The notes under the pieces: generated by a model | Database searches by the model: none | What the model saw: only the letters and a program-made list of their open reading frames with translations | Told to the model about the DNA's origin: nothing | DNA from: a virus | Virus record (IMG/VR): IMGVR_UViG_3300027782_003601 | Coordinates: 32,001-96,000 of that record | Direction: 5' to 3' (one strand) | Length of the DNA: 64,000 bases | Position numbers and translations under genes: made by a program | In this document: positions 9,250 through 18,240 of the stretch, in pieces | Layout of the letters: every line of letters begins with the position of its first letter | Numbering within the stretch: the stretch's first letter is position 1

Positions 9250-9375
9250 ATGGGAAAAAGAGATAACACTTTGATTTGGGTAATAGTAGCACTATTGGGA
9301 TTGATAGTGATTCAGATGTTTGGTACACTTAAAATAAAAGAAGAATTAAAGCAATGCAAAGCAGCAAATAAGTAG
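9250..9375 (+). CDS. small membrane protein (first of several ORFs under 60 aa in 9250-9905)
   Basis: MGKRDNTLIWVIVALLGLIVIQMFG... Confidence 0.5.
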   Translation: MGKRDNTLIWVIVALLGLIVIQMFGTLKIKEELKQCKAANK

Positions 9376-9920
9376 AGTGATGAAAGAGAAGTACAAACAC
9401 AAATTTTTAGAAGAATCATCCGAAGAATGGGATTCATTCAAACCTATTGTGAAACCTATTAAAAGGAAAAGTTTAGAAACTCAATCGGTTAAGCGGAAAG
9501 AGAAATTAAAGAAACGAATAAAAACTGAGGAATAATGCAAGTAATTTTACTAATAATTATTGGAGTGTTTTTGGTATATCGTATGATGTTGGTTGAGGAT
9601 AGAATGAATAAGATGGAGCATGATATGGAAAAATATAAAACTAATTTGAATAAAGAATTAGATAAAAGGGATAAAGAGTTTAAACAATTTCGTACTTAGA
9701 TTGAATATATCCCATATTTATATTCAAACATATAAATAAAATTATGGAAAAGAAAATTGATAACCTTAAATTTGATGAATTAAAATCTCAAATGGAAACT
9801 GAGTGGGAAAGACATAAAATAAAGCAAAGTACCACAACTGAAAGGGGAATAGAAGTTCGGACAATCTTAATGATGTTGGACTGGATTGAAGATAATAGTA
9901 AATAAATAAAAATCAGTTAT

Positions 9921-10184
9921 ATGCAAACACTAATAGTTATGTTAATCTTTGTTGTCCTACATTGGATGACGTATCAGAAGCAATCAAAAGAAATCCAAAG
10001 ATTGCAGTTATTAATCAAACTTCATAATGAGAATATGAAAACTGCTATTCAAGAGGCAGAGGAGGGTCAATCTAGAATCAAAAAGATTCAATCTGCTAGA
10101 AAAGATGAACAAACAAATGGTAACAAATCTCGCAGAGAATCCTTACAAAAAGAAATCAAAGGAAAATTAGATAGTAACAAATAG
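9921..10184 (+). CDS. membrane-anchored coiled-coil protein
   Basis: N-terminal TM segment. Confidence 0.6.
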   Translation: MQTLIVMLIFVVLHWMTYQKQSKEIQRLQLLIKLHNENMKTAIQEAEEGQSRIKKIQSARKDEQTNGNKSRRESLQKEIKGKLDSNK

Positions 10185-10185
10185 T

Positions 10186-10458
10186 ATGAATAGAAATACA
10201 CAAAATTGGCTAAAAGCAACCGGTATGGGGTTTGGTTACATAAGTGCTATTGCATTATTTATAGGGGGATTGGTAATATTTCTTAAATCCTATCCAAAAT
10301 ATTTTGAGTACACTTTAATTATTATATTTGTAGGAATTGGTTTATTTGGATTAATCAAATTTATCAAAGACCATTTGGATGATAAGGATGCATCGGATAA
10401 ATATTACAGAGAAATGTATCCATCATATTACAAAGACGAAAAGGAAAAAGATAAATAA
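10186..10458 (+). CDS. 2-TM membrane protein
   Basis: Two hydrophobic segments. Confidence 0.65.
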   Translation: MNRNTQNWLKATGMGFGYISAIALFIGGLVIFLKSYPKYFEYTLIIIFVGIGLFGLIKFIKDHLDDKDASDKYYREMYPSYYKDEKEKDK

Positions 10459-10459
10459 T

Positions 10460-10741
10460 ATGGAATATCACTATAACATAGAGCAATTCAATTGGAATAA
10501 GGATATAAATACATTCTACGCAGAAGCGGCACATTTGGTATGTATGATGGGTGATGGTAGTATTCATCCAGAAGCATTCCCAAATCAGAAAGGGCAATTT
10601 TTTATTGATAACACTAAAACTGGTGGATTCCGTAGATTCAGATTCCGTAAAGAACTGATAGGTGGTATAGGTAATGAGGTATCTACTAAATGGATATTTG
10701 AAAGTGAAGATGAAATAGAGTGTATAATTTCAATAGATTAA
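10460..10741 (+). CDS. hypothetical protein (start revised to MEYHYN)
   Basis: ATG immediately after the upstream stop. Confidence 0.6.
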   Translation: MEYHYNIEQFNWNKDINTFYAEAAHLVCMMGDGSIHPEAFPNQKGQFFIDNTKTGGFRRFRFRKELIGGIGNEVSTKWIFESEDEIECIISID

Positions 10742-10753
10742 CGGAGATTCGCC

Positions 10754-10798
10754 GGAGGGGTGGGGGTTGGGGGAATCGCAGTCGTAAAGGGAAAAATT
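10754..10798 (+). other. G-tract element (copy 1 of an inverted pair)
   Basis: GGAGGGGTGGGGGTTGGGGGAATCGCAGTCGTAAAGGGAAAAATT. Confidence 0.6.
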
Positions 10799-10804
10799 AT
10801 TGAT

Positions 10805-10884
10805 AGTGTCTTAATTAGTTTAGATAGTGATAGTTGCCTTAATTAGTTTAGAGTGTCTTAATTAGTTTAGATAGTGATAGTTGC
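10805..10884. repeat. 33-bp direct repeat x2 (47-bp period) with CTTAATTAGTTTAGA x3
   Basis: AGTGTCTTAATTAGTTTAGATAGTGATAGTTGC at 10805 and 10852. Confidence 0.85.
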
Positions 10885-10956
10885 TTTAATTATTTGGGAT
10901 TATCCTTTGATTTCCAAAAAATATTTCGTATATTAGATTAATTAAACAATAAGAAA

Positions 10957-11328
10957 ATGCGTAAGTATACATTTATAGAGTTCATAGCAGCTCAAGAAGG
11001 TGATGATTTTAATGTTATTGAAGACCATAACTTAGGATGGGCAAGAAGTTTTGTTAAAGGGATGGGTGATTTACCCAATCCAAAACATGAAGGTGATTGT
11101 ACCAAAGAAAATTATACGTGTACATTGTGTGTATATGAGTTGTATTTAAAAGAATATAGGGAGTACTTCTTTAAAGAAGAAGAAACATTAGAACAAGCTT
11201 CACTAAGAATTTATCCGATTAATATCGTTAAACTTAATGATACTTTAGAGATTGACTCTAATGCCACCAAACGTATGGCTTTTATTGAGGGTGGGGAATA
11301 TACCTTAAAACAAAATGGGATAGTATGA
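10957..11328 (+). CDS. hypothetical protein with Cys/His cluster
   Basis: HEGDCTKENYTCTLC; upstream TTTG-N19-TATATTAG. Confidence 0.6.
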   Translation: MRKYTFIEFIAAQEGDDFNVIEDHNLGWARSFVKGMGDLPNPKHEGDCTKENYTCTLCVYELYLKEYREYFFKEEETLEQASLRIYPINIVKLNDTLEIDSNATKRMAFIEGGEYTLKQNGIV

Positions 11329-11477
11329 AACTATTGTTCTATTATATAAGTAAATTAATTAACAATGTTATATAAGATATTAGTCGTATTAGGTATAGGA
11401 TTAGTGATAGGAATCCTTAAATGGTTTGAAGTTAAAAGTTGGAATAAAAGAATAAAGAAATATAAATCAAAGACGAG

Positions 11478-11669
11478 ATGAATAGATATCACTTAGAGGT
11501 AATCAAATCCGATGATACGGGTCACACAATAATTGAGGCAGATGGATATGGTATTAATTCAAACGGATGTTACGAATTTTACGATGAGTATGATGTTGTA
11601 AGAAGAGTTGTTGCCAGTTATCCTATTGGAAGGACGGTAATTCAAAGAATAGATTATAACATACAATAA
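11478..11669 (+). CDS. hypothetical protein
   Basis: ORF. Confidence 0.6.
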   Translation: MNRYHLEVIKSDDTGHTIIEADGYGINSNGCYEFYDEYDVVRRVVASYPIGRTVIQRIDYNIQ

Positions 11670-11778
11670 TTATGAGATACTTAGAAGATTTAAAAGATAT
11701 TGGAATAGGGTTAATTCTATTCATAAGTGGAGTGAGTTTATTGGTCCAATTTGTTCATTGGTTAGTAGGTTTGATTCT

Positions 11779-12291
11779 ATGAGTAATAAATACAACATAG
11801 GTGGGTATGGTGAATCAGAACCTTTGGTATTCGGAAAGAATAGGAAGGTAAATATAACCAATCCACAAAGAATTAATGGTGAAATTCTCAATGGGATTGT
11901 CATACAATTTGAACCAAAGCATATGAATGCGGATAATGAGTATGTATGGGTAATCTTTAAGAAGGAAACATTTGTTTTGATAGCAACTTTAAGGATAGAA
12001 AAGGAGTTAGATGAAAGAGGTTGGGTAAAGGTATGGTACACAGCAAACGGAAGTGGAGGGGATGAAGGTAGTGAAATTCACATAAATGATTTAACGGGTG
12101 ATAGAATAAAACGATTAGTAACCAATCGGGTTAAAGCAAAGTTAGATACCGATAGAGATGAGGGATTACGATGGGATAAAGATGAAGATGAGGAAGAGTT
12201 ACCACCACTACAACAATGGAAATCTCCTATGACTCAATTGACTCAAGCTATGAAAGATTTACATAAGAGAATACAAAAGAAAAATGGATAA
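11779..12291 (+). CDS. paralog-family protein (L.I.N family)
   Basis: KVNITNPQRING; start revised to ATG 11779. Confidence 0.6.
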   Translation: MSNKYNIGGYGESEPLVFGKNRKVNITNPQRINGEILNGIVIQFEPKHMNADNEYVWVIFKKETFVLIATLRIEKELDERGWVKVWYTANGSGGDEGSEIHINDLTGDRIKRLVTNRVKAKLDTDRDEGLRWDKDEDEEELPPLQQWKSPMTQLTQAMKDLHKRIQKKNG

Positions 12292-12688
12292 GAAACTAAC
12301 GATTGAGAATCCCGAAAATATTGATAAGAGTCCATTACCTAATTTAGATGGGTGGAGTATAGAGGCAGGGCATAAGTATTGGGATATGTATGAGTTTGAT
12401 ATATTCCAAAATCATACAATTAGAATGTCATTAAGAATAATGAGAGAGGAAGGGTTTGATTCTCACTATGATTGTACGATGATAGGTAGTGGTAGAGCAA
12501 CGGTTAAGTATTTGATGAACAAAAGGGATTTGAAAACAAAGGATTCATTTTTGATGATAGTAACGGAGATAGTAGAAAAGATGTTAGAAGAGAGAAGAAA
12601 GCAGTATAACACTACTACAATGCCACCACAACAATGGGGTAATTCACCATCATTTGGACCAACCCATTCCCTAAACTTACCATTTTAG
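12284..12688 (+). CDS. paralog-family protein (L.I.N family)
   Basis: KLTIENPENI ... DLKTKDSFLMIV. Confidence 0.65.
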   Translation: MDKKLTIENPENIDKSPLPNLDGWSIEAGHKYWDMYEFDIFQNHTIRMSLRIMREEGFDSHYDCTMIGSGRATVKYLMNKRDLKTKDSFLMIVTEIVEKMLEERRKQYNTTTMPPQQWGNSPSFGPTHSLNLPF

Positions 12689-12733
12689 GATTCAAACCAA
12701 TGTCGGACTCATATAAAAATAAAACAGCAAGGA

Positions 12734-13084
12734 ATGTTAACAATAAGAAACATAAATAAGATAGTAGGTAAGGATATCCATATAGGAGGGAATAGAATAG
12801 CATTAGCAAAAATAGAAGATGTCATTGAGTGGATAGATAATAGGTATGGGTTTATAATCCATGTCCATACACCAGATGGTAAGATAAAGGGATATCATTT
12901 AAACTTAGATAGAAAGAAGATACAATATCCCATAGTCTTAAAAGATTGTTGGGAACTATCTTATGAAGAGAAACCAAACCAACTGAAAGTAGAAGTAGAA
13001 GCAATAAGTAAGGAAGATTTACGGGATATGAAAGAAGTAATAAGGAGAATAGGTCATATGATGGATAGAGTATTGAATTCGTAA
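12734..13084 (+). CDS. paralog-family protein (L.I.N family)
   Basis: MLTIRNINKIVG ... DLRDMKEVIRRI. Confidence 0.65.
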   Translation: MLTIRNINKIVGKDIHIGGNRIALAKIEDVIEWIDNRYGFIIHVHTPDGKIKGYHLNLDRKKIQYPIVLKDCWELSYEEKPNQLKVEVEAISKEDLRDMKEVIRRIGHMMDRVLNS

Positions 13085-13089
13085 TAGAT

Positions 13090-13434
13090 ATGAAATTAAA
13101 GATAGAAAATCCCCATAGGTTGGTAGAGATGTATAAGGAGATAGCACCGGATTGGGTAATGAAGTTTAGAGGGGGTAGTGGAGGTGAGTATAAGTTTGGA
13201 TTGCAATCTGATTCTACTAAAGTATGGGATGAGTTCCAAATCTATATAACTAAGGAGATGAAGGTGATATGGGATACCCATAACTTCACACCACATTACT
13301 ATGTAAAATTAATAGTGGTTGAGCAGTTATACCGTCGTTCACTTACTAACGTAATTCGTTTAGATGAGTGTAGAAATCCTCAAAAGTTAATAGAGCATAT
13401 CTTAGATGGGATGGATGCGATAGTCCAATCATAG
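13090..13434 (+). CDS. paralog-family protein (L.I.N family)
   Basis: KLKIENPHRLV ... ECRNPQKLIEHI. Confidence 0.65.
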   Translation: MKLKIENPHRLVEMYKEIAPDWVMKFRGGSGGEYKFGLQSDSTKVWDEFQIYITKEMKVIWDTHNFTPHYYVKLIVVEQLYRRSLTNVIRLDECRNPQKLIEHILDGMDAIVQS

Positions 13435-13488
13435 TAATTCACTAGCGTTGCATAGTTATTCACTAGCGTTGCATAGTTATTCACTAAC
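13430..13488. repeat. 21-bp tandem repeat x2.8
   Basis: CATAGT(A/T)ATTCACTAGCGTTG at 13430, 13451 and 13472 (partial). Confidence 0.85.
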
Positions 13489-13494
13489 TACAAA

Positions 13495-13650
13495 ATGAAA
13501 GAAAGAAGAGATATAAGTGAGCTTCTATACAAAAGAAAAAGAATGGATTTGATTGTGTATGGAATCGGATTCACCATATTTTTGAGTATCGTAATCATAG
13601 GCTGGTGGTTAATTCTTTGGATTCTACTACATTCTATTTTTAGCTTCTAA
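13495..13650 (+). CDS. small membrane protein (51 aa, not in ORF track)
   Basis: MKERRDISELLYKRKRMDLIVYGIGFTIFLSIVIIGWWLILWILL. Confidence 0.5.
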   Translation: MKERRDISELLYKRKRMDLIVYGIGFTIFLSIVIIGWWLILWILLHSIFSF

Positions 13651-14138
13651 GGGCTTAAAATCCTAAAGGTAGTGTATCACCCATAAGGTATCAAAATCTT
13701 TTAAGAGAATCCAATCCCACCCCATCTACGGAGGTGTGGAGTACCACTATGTCTAAATCACTAAGTATGTTATAATGGATAGTGATATACACACCCCTTA
13801 CAAAGAAAGAAAAGGAGGGTGACAAAGTGTCAGTAAAATTGAAGAGACCCCACCCTTTCACGCCGTCTGAGAGAAAAAAAAATTACATTTGTAACCGGTC
13901 TATTCACATTTGTAAACCCCTATATTTGTATTATTCTAAGACCCGTTAGATAGTTAGATAAACGTCTAAATGACTAATGCGCTTCGTAACATTAATTTCT
14001 CCCACTACGAGATAAAACTTTCCCATCAGAGCAGAAATTGTATTATTCCGATATGAGTTTGTTGTATAATTTATGTTATGTTAAGTAGAAAAATTATTCT
14101 AAGAACTTATTATGCGGTTAAAAATAATTCATAAAAGG

Positions 14139-14170
14139 CTTGACTTTATCAGCAGAATTTCGTATATTGT
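14139..14170 (+). promoter_or_regulatory. early-type promoter
   Basis: CTTGACT... CTTG-N20-TATATTGT. Confidence 0.65.
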
Positions 14171-14325
14171 GGGAGTGGAGGGCGGGTTCTTAATCTCAAT
14201 CTACTGAGCATCAAAGACTTACACATCCAGCAGTATACGAATATGTGAATGCCTATTATAACACATTTTTTAAATTCATATGACAAATTGTCAGTAAAAA
14301 TAAATAAAAAATAAATGAGTAAAAG

Positions 14326-14357
14326 CTTGACTTGTGTTCACTTTTTTTGTATCTTTA
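14326..14357 (+). promoter_or_regulatory. early-type promoter
   Basis: CTTG-N20-TATCTTTA followed by ATGAGAGAGAG. Confidence 0.7.
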
Positions 14358-14497
14358 TTGTATGAGAGAGAGATTGATAGCCCCTTTAATTGTGTTCCTT
14401 TTGGTTACCGACCACCCCTGTCGTATGAGGGTGAGTTCAATACGTGTTGACCATTTACCTAAAATTGAAATAAGTTTTAAACCTAAACATTAATCCT

Positions 14498-14710
14498 ATG
14501 TTAAACGAAGAAATGGTTGCTTTGAGTTTAGTTGAGTATGTTGATTTGTTAGAGGGTATGGCTTTGTTAAATGGTTCAACGCCTGAGAAGGTCAATTGGG
14601 ATTACTTTATGTGGCATGGTGTAATTGGTGAAGAAAGGTTTGAGGAAGCAAAGTGGGCATTGACCATTCGTAAAGTTGTTGGAGAGTATGCGGGTTTAGG
14701 TCACGCATAA
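14498..14710 (+). CDS. hypothetical early protein
   Basis: ORF between promoter and terminator. Confidence 0.6.
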   Translation: MLNEEMVALSLVEYVDLLEGMALLNGSTPEKVNWDYFMWHGVIGEERFEEAKWALTIRKVVGEYAGLGHA

Positions 14711-14830
14711 TTCGGACATGAATAAAAAAATAATTACCTAAGTGGATACTACCAGTAGGTATAGTACTAATAGGTATAAGAGATAGAGTGATTTAGTTTG
14801 TTACATTTTTTTGGGTTTAGATAATAGAAA

Positions 14831-14859
14831 GCAGTAGGATGATGTCTTACTGTTTTTTT
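14831..14859 (+). terminator. intrinsic terminator
   Basis: GCAGTAGGA-tgatg-TCTTACTGT followed by T run. Confidence 0.75.
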
Positions 14860-15120
14860 GTGTCCAATCGTATTTAGCCATTCAACTAATTATGACATTC
14901 TGTCACCCCCCACCCCCCTAACTGAATTTCATGTAACTAAGAAGATGACACTTTGTCAGGATGGGGTCGGACCCGTTTAAATATTGCGGTCAGGTTTTTC
15001 ACCACAGAAACCCTTTTTTATATATTGTTGTGATACATCATGCATTGAATTCCCCATTGAATACCCCACTATACGTTGTTTAAAGGGATATGAGGTAAAT
15101 AAAAAAACCCTAATATTATT

Positions 15121-15188
15121 AAAAATAAACCACAAAAAGCTTGACTTTTAATCTAGAATTTAGTATCTTTAATATATGTGAGTGAGAG
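15121..15188 (+). promoter_or_regulatory. early promoter cassette (near-identical copy at 15520-15587)
   Basis: AAAATAAACCACAAAAAGCTTGACTT..AGAAT.TAGTATCTTTAATATATGTGAG.GAGAG. Confidence 0.8.
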
Positions 15189-15218
15189 ACCAAATCATCC
15201 CCTCCTCCATTTAACGAT

Positions 15219-15521
15219 ATGTACGATTTTTCATCATTACTACGAATTAAGTTTTACTCCGATACCGAACGTGGTTATGGAGATGTAGGTACTTTCAAAT
15301 ATGTAAGGGTTTCAAAAGATGAGTTTCATCCGATAACATACGAAAGATTTGATGGTTCTATTTACACTAAATATGTTCCAACCGATGCATTAATTGAACG
15401 ATTAAAAGGGTTGCGTTATAATGGGTATGGTATGGGATATGAGTTCGCAACCGAAGAAGCCTATAATGAGGAAATTGCCGAATTAAGAAAGAAGTTAGAA
15501 CGATTAGAGAATATTTGTTAA
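15219..15521 (+). CDS. hypothetical early protein
   Basis: ORF flanked by duplicated promoter cassettes. Confidence 0.65.
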   Translation: MYDFSSLLRIKFYSDTERGYGDVGTFKYVRVSKDEFHPITYERFDGSIYTKYVPTDALIERLKGLRYNGYGMGYEFATEEAYNEEIAELRKKLERLENIC

Positions 15522-15587
15522 AATAAACCACAAAAAGCTTGACTTTCTCCTTAGAATGTAGTATCTTTAATATATGTGAGAGAGAGA
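15520..15587 (+). promoter_or_regulatory. early promoter cassette copy
   Basis: Direct repeat of 15121-15188. Confidence 0.8.
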
Positions 15588-15624
15588 TGGTTCTCCTCCC
15601 TAAAACCCCTTTAACCCATACCAT

Positions 15625-16002
15625 ATGAATAACTTAAAATATTTCTCCCAACAAAATTACGAATTAAAGAAAGAAATTGAGCGTGGAGTTATCCACATCC
15701 CTGCTAACCATAAAGATTTAGAATACAATTATGTTGGTTTGGATGAGGTTGAAGGGTTTGAATCCCAATCATCGGAATTTAGAGGATTTGAGATTGAAGA
15801 TATGAGTAAAGAATTGAATTTGGTGATGGGTTCTATTTTAACACCTATTGAAAGATGTGTTATTGAATTGGCATTTGGTTTATCGGGTGATAGAGAAATG
15901 AGTGTTAATGAGATTGGAACGGAGTTAATGTACACCAACACCCACATCTCTTCAACCAAAAAACGGGCAATGAAGAAACTTCAAAATTACTTCTTAAATT
16001 AA
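15625..16002 (+). CDS. stand-alone sigma-70 region 4-like HTH protein
   Basis: LTPIERCVIELAFGLSGDREMSVNEIGTELMYTNTHISSTKKRAMKKL matches the sigma4 pattern; no sigma2 region. Confidence 0.75.
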   Translation: MNNLKYFSQQNYELKKEIERGVIHIPANHKDLEYNYVGLDEVEGFESQSSEFRGFEIEDMSKELNLVMGSILTPIERCVIELAFGLSGDREMSVNEIGTELMYTNTHISSTKKRAMKKLQNYFLN

Positions 16003-16013
16003 TTCCTAAACGA

Positions 16014-16045
16014 CTTGACATTGTGATTAGAATTTTGTATATTGT
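16014..16045 (+). promoter_or_regulatory. early-type promoter
   Basis: CTTGACA... CTTG-N20-TATATTGT. Confidence 0.7.
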
Positions 16046-16074
16046 ATTTTAATTAGTTATTAACCCCCTTTATT

Positions 16075-16308
16075 ATGAATGTTGATAAAATTAGAGATTT
16101 ACGTTTGATGATTGGTGAATCGGTTTCAGAGAATCGTTCTCCTACATTCCGTGCTAAGTTATTAGAAGTTTATGAGAATCCAAATCAATGTTTGATGGAA
16201 GTTGCTTATAACCACTACGAAGATGGTGTTGGTGCTAAATCAAACCATAAGGTAGGTGCTAGGTATCTTGCTCCTATTGACCGTATTTGGAACGCATTTT
16301 ATTATTGA
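16075..16308 (+). CDS. hypothetical early protein
   Basis: ORF with CCCCTT leader. Confidence 0.65.
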   Translation: MNVDKIRDLRLMIGESVSENRSPTFRAKLLEVYENPNQCLMEVAYNHYEDGVGAKSNHKVGARYLAPIDRIWNAFYY

Positions 16309-16338
16309 TTTATTTAAACCCCTTAACCCCCTTATATT

Positions 16339-16599
16339 ATGGATTATCTTTTATTTGACCGTCATGCCAATATGAGTAAAGAAACTCTTTTTGAGATTGG
16401 TAAGATTATTAGTGATATTGAGATTAACTATGATAGGAATAAATCCTTTCCTTTGGTTAATATGTTGTATGGTTTGTACGATGGATACTTCTACGTTGAT
16501 TTAATACCTATTGCTTGGGGATATTTAACCAATGATGATTTCCTACGTTTATCAGAGATAGTAAATGTGGTTGAAAAATATCCAAAATTTTTACATTAA
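16339..16599 (+). CDS. hypothetical early protein
   Basis: ORF with CCCCTT leader. Confidence 0.65.
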   Translation: MDYLLFDRHANMSKETLFEIGKIISDIEINYDRNKSFPLVNMLYGLYDGYFYVDLIPIAWGYLTNDDFLRLSEIVNVVEKYPKFLH

Positions 16600-16602
16600 A
16601 AG

Positions 16603-16634
16603 CTTGGATATATTCTCAAAATTTTGTATCTTTG
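16603..16634 (+). promoter_or_regulatory. early-type promoter
   Basis: CTTG-N20-TATCTTTG then ATGTGAGAG. Confidence 0.75.
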
Positions 16635-16691
16635 TTATATGTGAGAGCGATAGTACTCCACTTTAAAACTTAAACTTTAAACCCCTTTCCA

Positions 16692-17165
16692 ATGTCTACT
16701 TCAAATTTTTACAATGTTAATGCTTCCCATATCTTCGCAGTTCAATTAGAAGATACCTATGAGTACGATGATTTAATCCAAAACTTAGAATCAGAGTTTA
16801 ATTCACATAAAGATTATTCTAATCATAGTAAATCAGACCCTAACAATTTACGTTCTTATCCATCCACTTCAATTGGTTCTTTCTCCAATGCAGTAATGAT
16901 AGGAGAAGATGAGGTTGAAGTTTGGGTTACACCTGTTGTTCGTAGTGGTTACTATGATGGTGTGAACTTAGATTGGCATGTTCTATACTATGTTAATGGT
17001 TATGAATATGAATCCTATGAGCACTACGATGATACCAACATTCAATCATTAGTGTATGAGTATGTAGATTTCATTGAGAATGTATTTTCACAATACTCCC
17101 AACCTTTAGGTGTTACTGCTCAATTTTCTAACGGAGAAACAATTTATCACCCAATAAACTTTTAA
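16692..17165 (+). CDS. acidic hypothetical early protein
   Basis: RSGYYDGVNLDW and AQFSNGETIY motifs seen in phage proteins. Confidence 0.65.
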   Translation: MSTSNFYNVNASHIFAVQLEDTYEYDDLIQNLESEFNSHKDYSNHSKSDPNNLRSYPSTSIGSFSNAVMIGEDEVEVWVTPVVRSGYYDGVNLDWHVLYYVNGYEYESYEHYDDTNIQSLVYEYVDFIENVFSQYSQPLGVTAQFSNGETIYHPINF

Positions 17166-17176
17166 TCCCCTTTACT

Positions 17177-17389
17177 ATGAAAAACGTAAATAATATGAGT
17201 GATTTTAATTTGTATAATACCACAATCATCTACCACATATGGGATAAAGATGATGAATACCACGTATCCAAAATCGGAAACGAAGGAAATACGGAATGGA
17301 AATGGGAGGTAGAATCCTTAACCTATGGTCCGATTAGTAAAAGAACGAATTTGTATAAAAACTTAATCCAATACTGTAGTGAGTTATGA
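17177..17389 (+). CDS. hypothetical protein
   Basis: ORF with CCCCTT leader. Confidence 0.6.
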   Translation: MKNVNNMSDFNLYNTTIIYHIWDKDDEYHVSKIGNEGNTEWKWEVESLTYGPISKRTNLYKNLIQYCSEL

Positions 17390-17712
17390 AAGCACCAATC
17401 AACTTTAGTACGAGATTGAACGGATATGAGATGGAGGTCGATGGAACGCAGTTTGAGATTACGACCAACATAAGATTGGATAATATGATGTGGATATCTC
17501 CAAAGGATAGAACTCCTAACTGCTTAGGTTTATTGTTTAATTGGGATAGGGAGCAGTATGATATTGTAGTGATAAACAATTTATCCGGTACTTCGGATTA
17601 TTCTCGTTCAAAGCAGGATTTGGGTTTCTCTCCACATAAGTTCAAAACATTTGATTCGTTCATCCAATTTACTTCAGTACTAATCAGAGACCATAAAGGA
17701 TTATTTAATTAA
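17386..17712 (+). CDS. possible L.I.N-family paralog
   Basis: C-terminal KFKTFDSFIQFT. Confidence 0.6.
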   Translation: MKAPINFSTRLNGYEMEVDGTQFEITTNIRLDNMMWISPKDRTPNCLGLLFNWDREQYDIVVINNLSGTSDYSRSKQDLGFSPHKFKTFDSFIQFTSVLIRDHKGLFN

Positions 17713-17713
17713 G

Positions 17714-18055
17714 ATGCTAACAATCCATAACTTTAAATTATTAGAAGGGACACAATGTGGTGGGTGGAGGATTGATTCTATATTGGATTCTGTCTATAAA
17801 TACGATACGGCTTTGAATATCATAGAACCAAAGTGTTACTCATTTTCATTTGTATCACCATTGGGTATGAATAGGGGTAAGTTGTTATTGACAAGGAAAT
17901 ACGATGTATTTTATAAGACACAATATAGGTATGAACTATGGTTGAATGGAAAGCAGTTTGATACTGGTGGGATAAGTGGGAACGGGTTAAAGAATAAGAA
18001 TGCATTTATACAATCCGTAGTAGATACATTAGATTACCAATTGAAGAATACCTAA
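17714..18055 (+). CDS. paralog-family protein (L.I.N family)
   Basis: MLTIHNFKLLEG ... GLKNKNAFIQSV. Confidence 0.65.
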   Translation: MLTIHNFKLLEGTQCGGWRIDSILDSVYKYDTALNIIEPKCYSFSFVSPLGMNRGKLLLTRKYDVFYKTQYRYELWLNGKQFDTGGISGNGLKNKNAFIQSVVDTLDYQLKNT

Positions 18056-18074
18056 ACTATCAATAGAGATAACA

Positions 18075-18115
18075 AATTTTCTTTTTGACTTCAATTCCCC
18101 CCTGCCCCCTCCCCC
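18075..18115 (-). other. G-tract element (copy 2, inverted)
   Basis: Reverse complement GGGGGAGGGGGCAGGGGGGAATTGAAGTCAAAAAGAAAATT. Confidence 0.6.
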
Positions 18116-18145
18116 AAAAATAATTTAAAAATATTTTCAAAAAGG

Positions 18146-18207
18146 CTTGACTTTTAATACAGAATTTTGTATCTTTGTTATATGTGAGAGAGTGATGTAA
18201 TTCTCTC
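18146..18207 (+). promoter_or_regulatory. early promoter with 5' hairpin
   Basis: CTTG-N20-TATCTTTG; GAGAG...CTCTC stem. Confidence 0.75.
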
Positions 18208-18240
18208 CATTTTAAACTTTCAACCTTAAACCCCTTTGTT

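Larger units (their letters stand above)
13820..14958. promoter_or_regulatory. four TGACA-N3-TGTCA palindromic operator-like sites
   Basis: At 13820, 14281, 14893 and 14946. Confidence 0.7.

Noticed and set aside
10805-13488. Possible CRISPR mini-arrays at 10805 and 13430
   Set aside because: Repeats are tandem or nested without unique 25-45 bp spacers; no cas genes
13650-15218. tRNA or known ncRNA genes in the non-coding core
   Set aside because: No cloverleaf or T-loop pattern recognised by eye; tRNAscan/Infernal would be needed to exclude this fully
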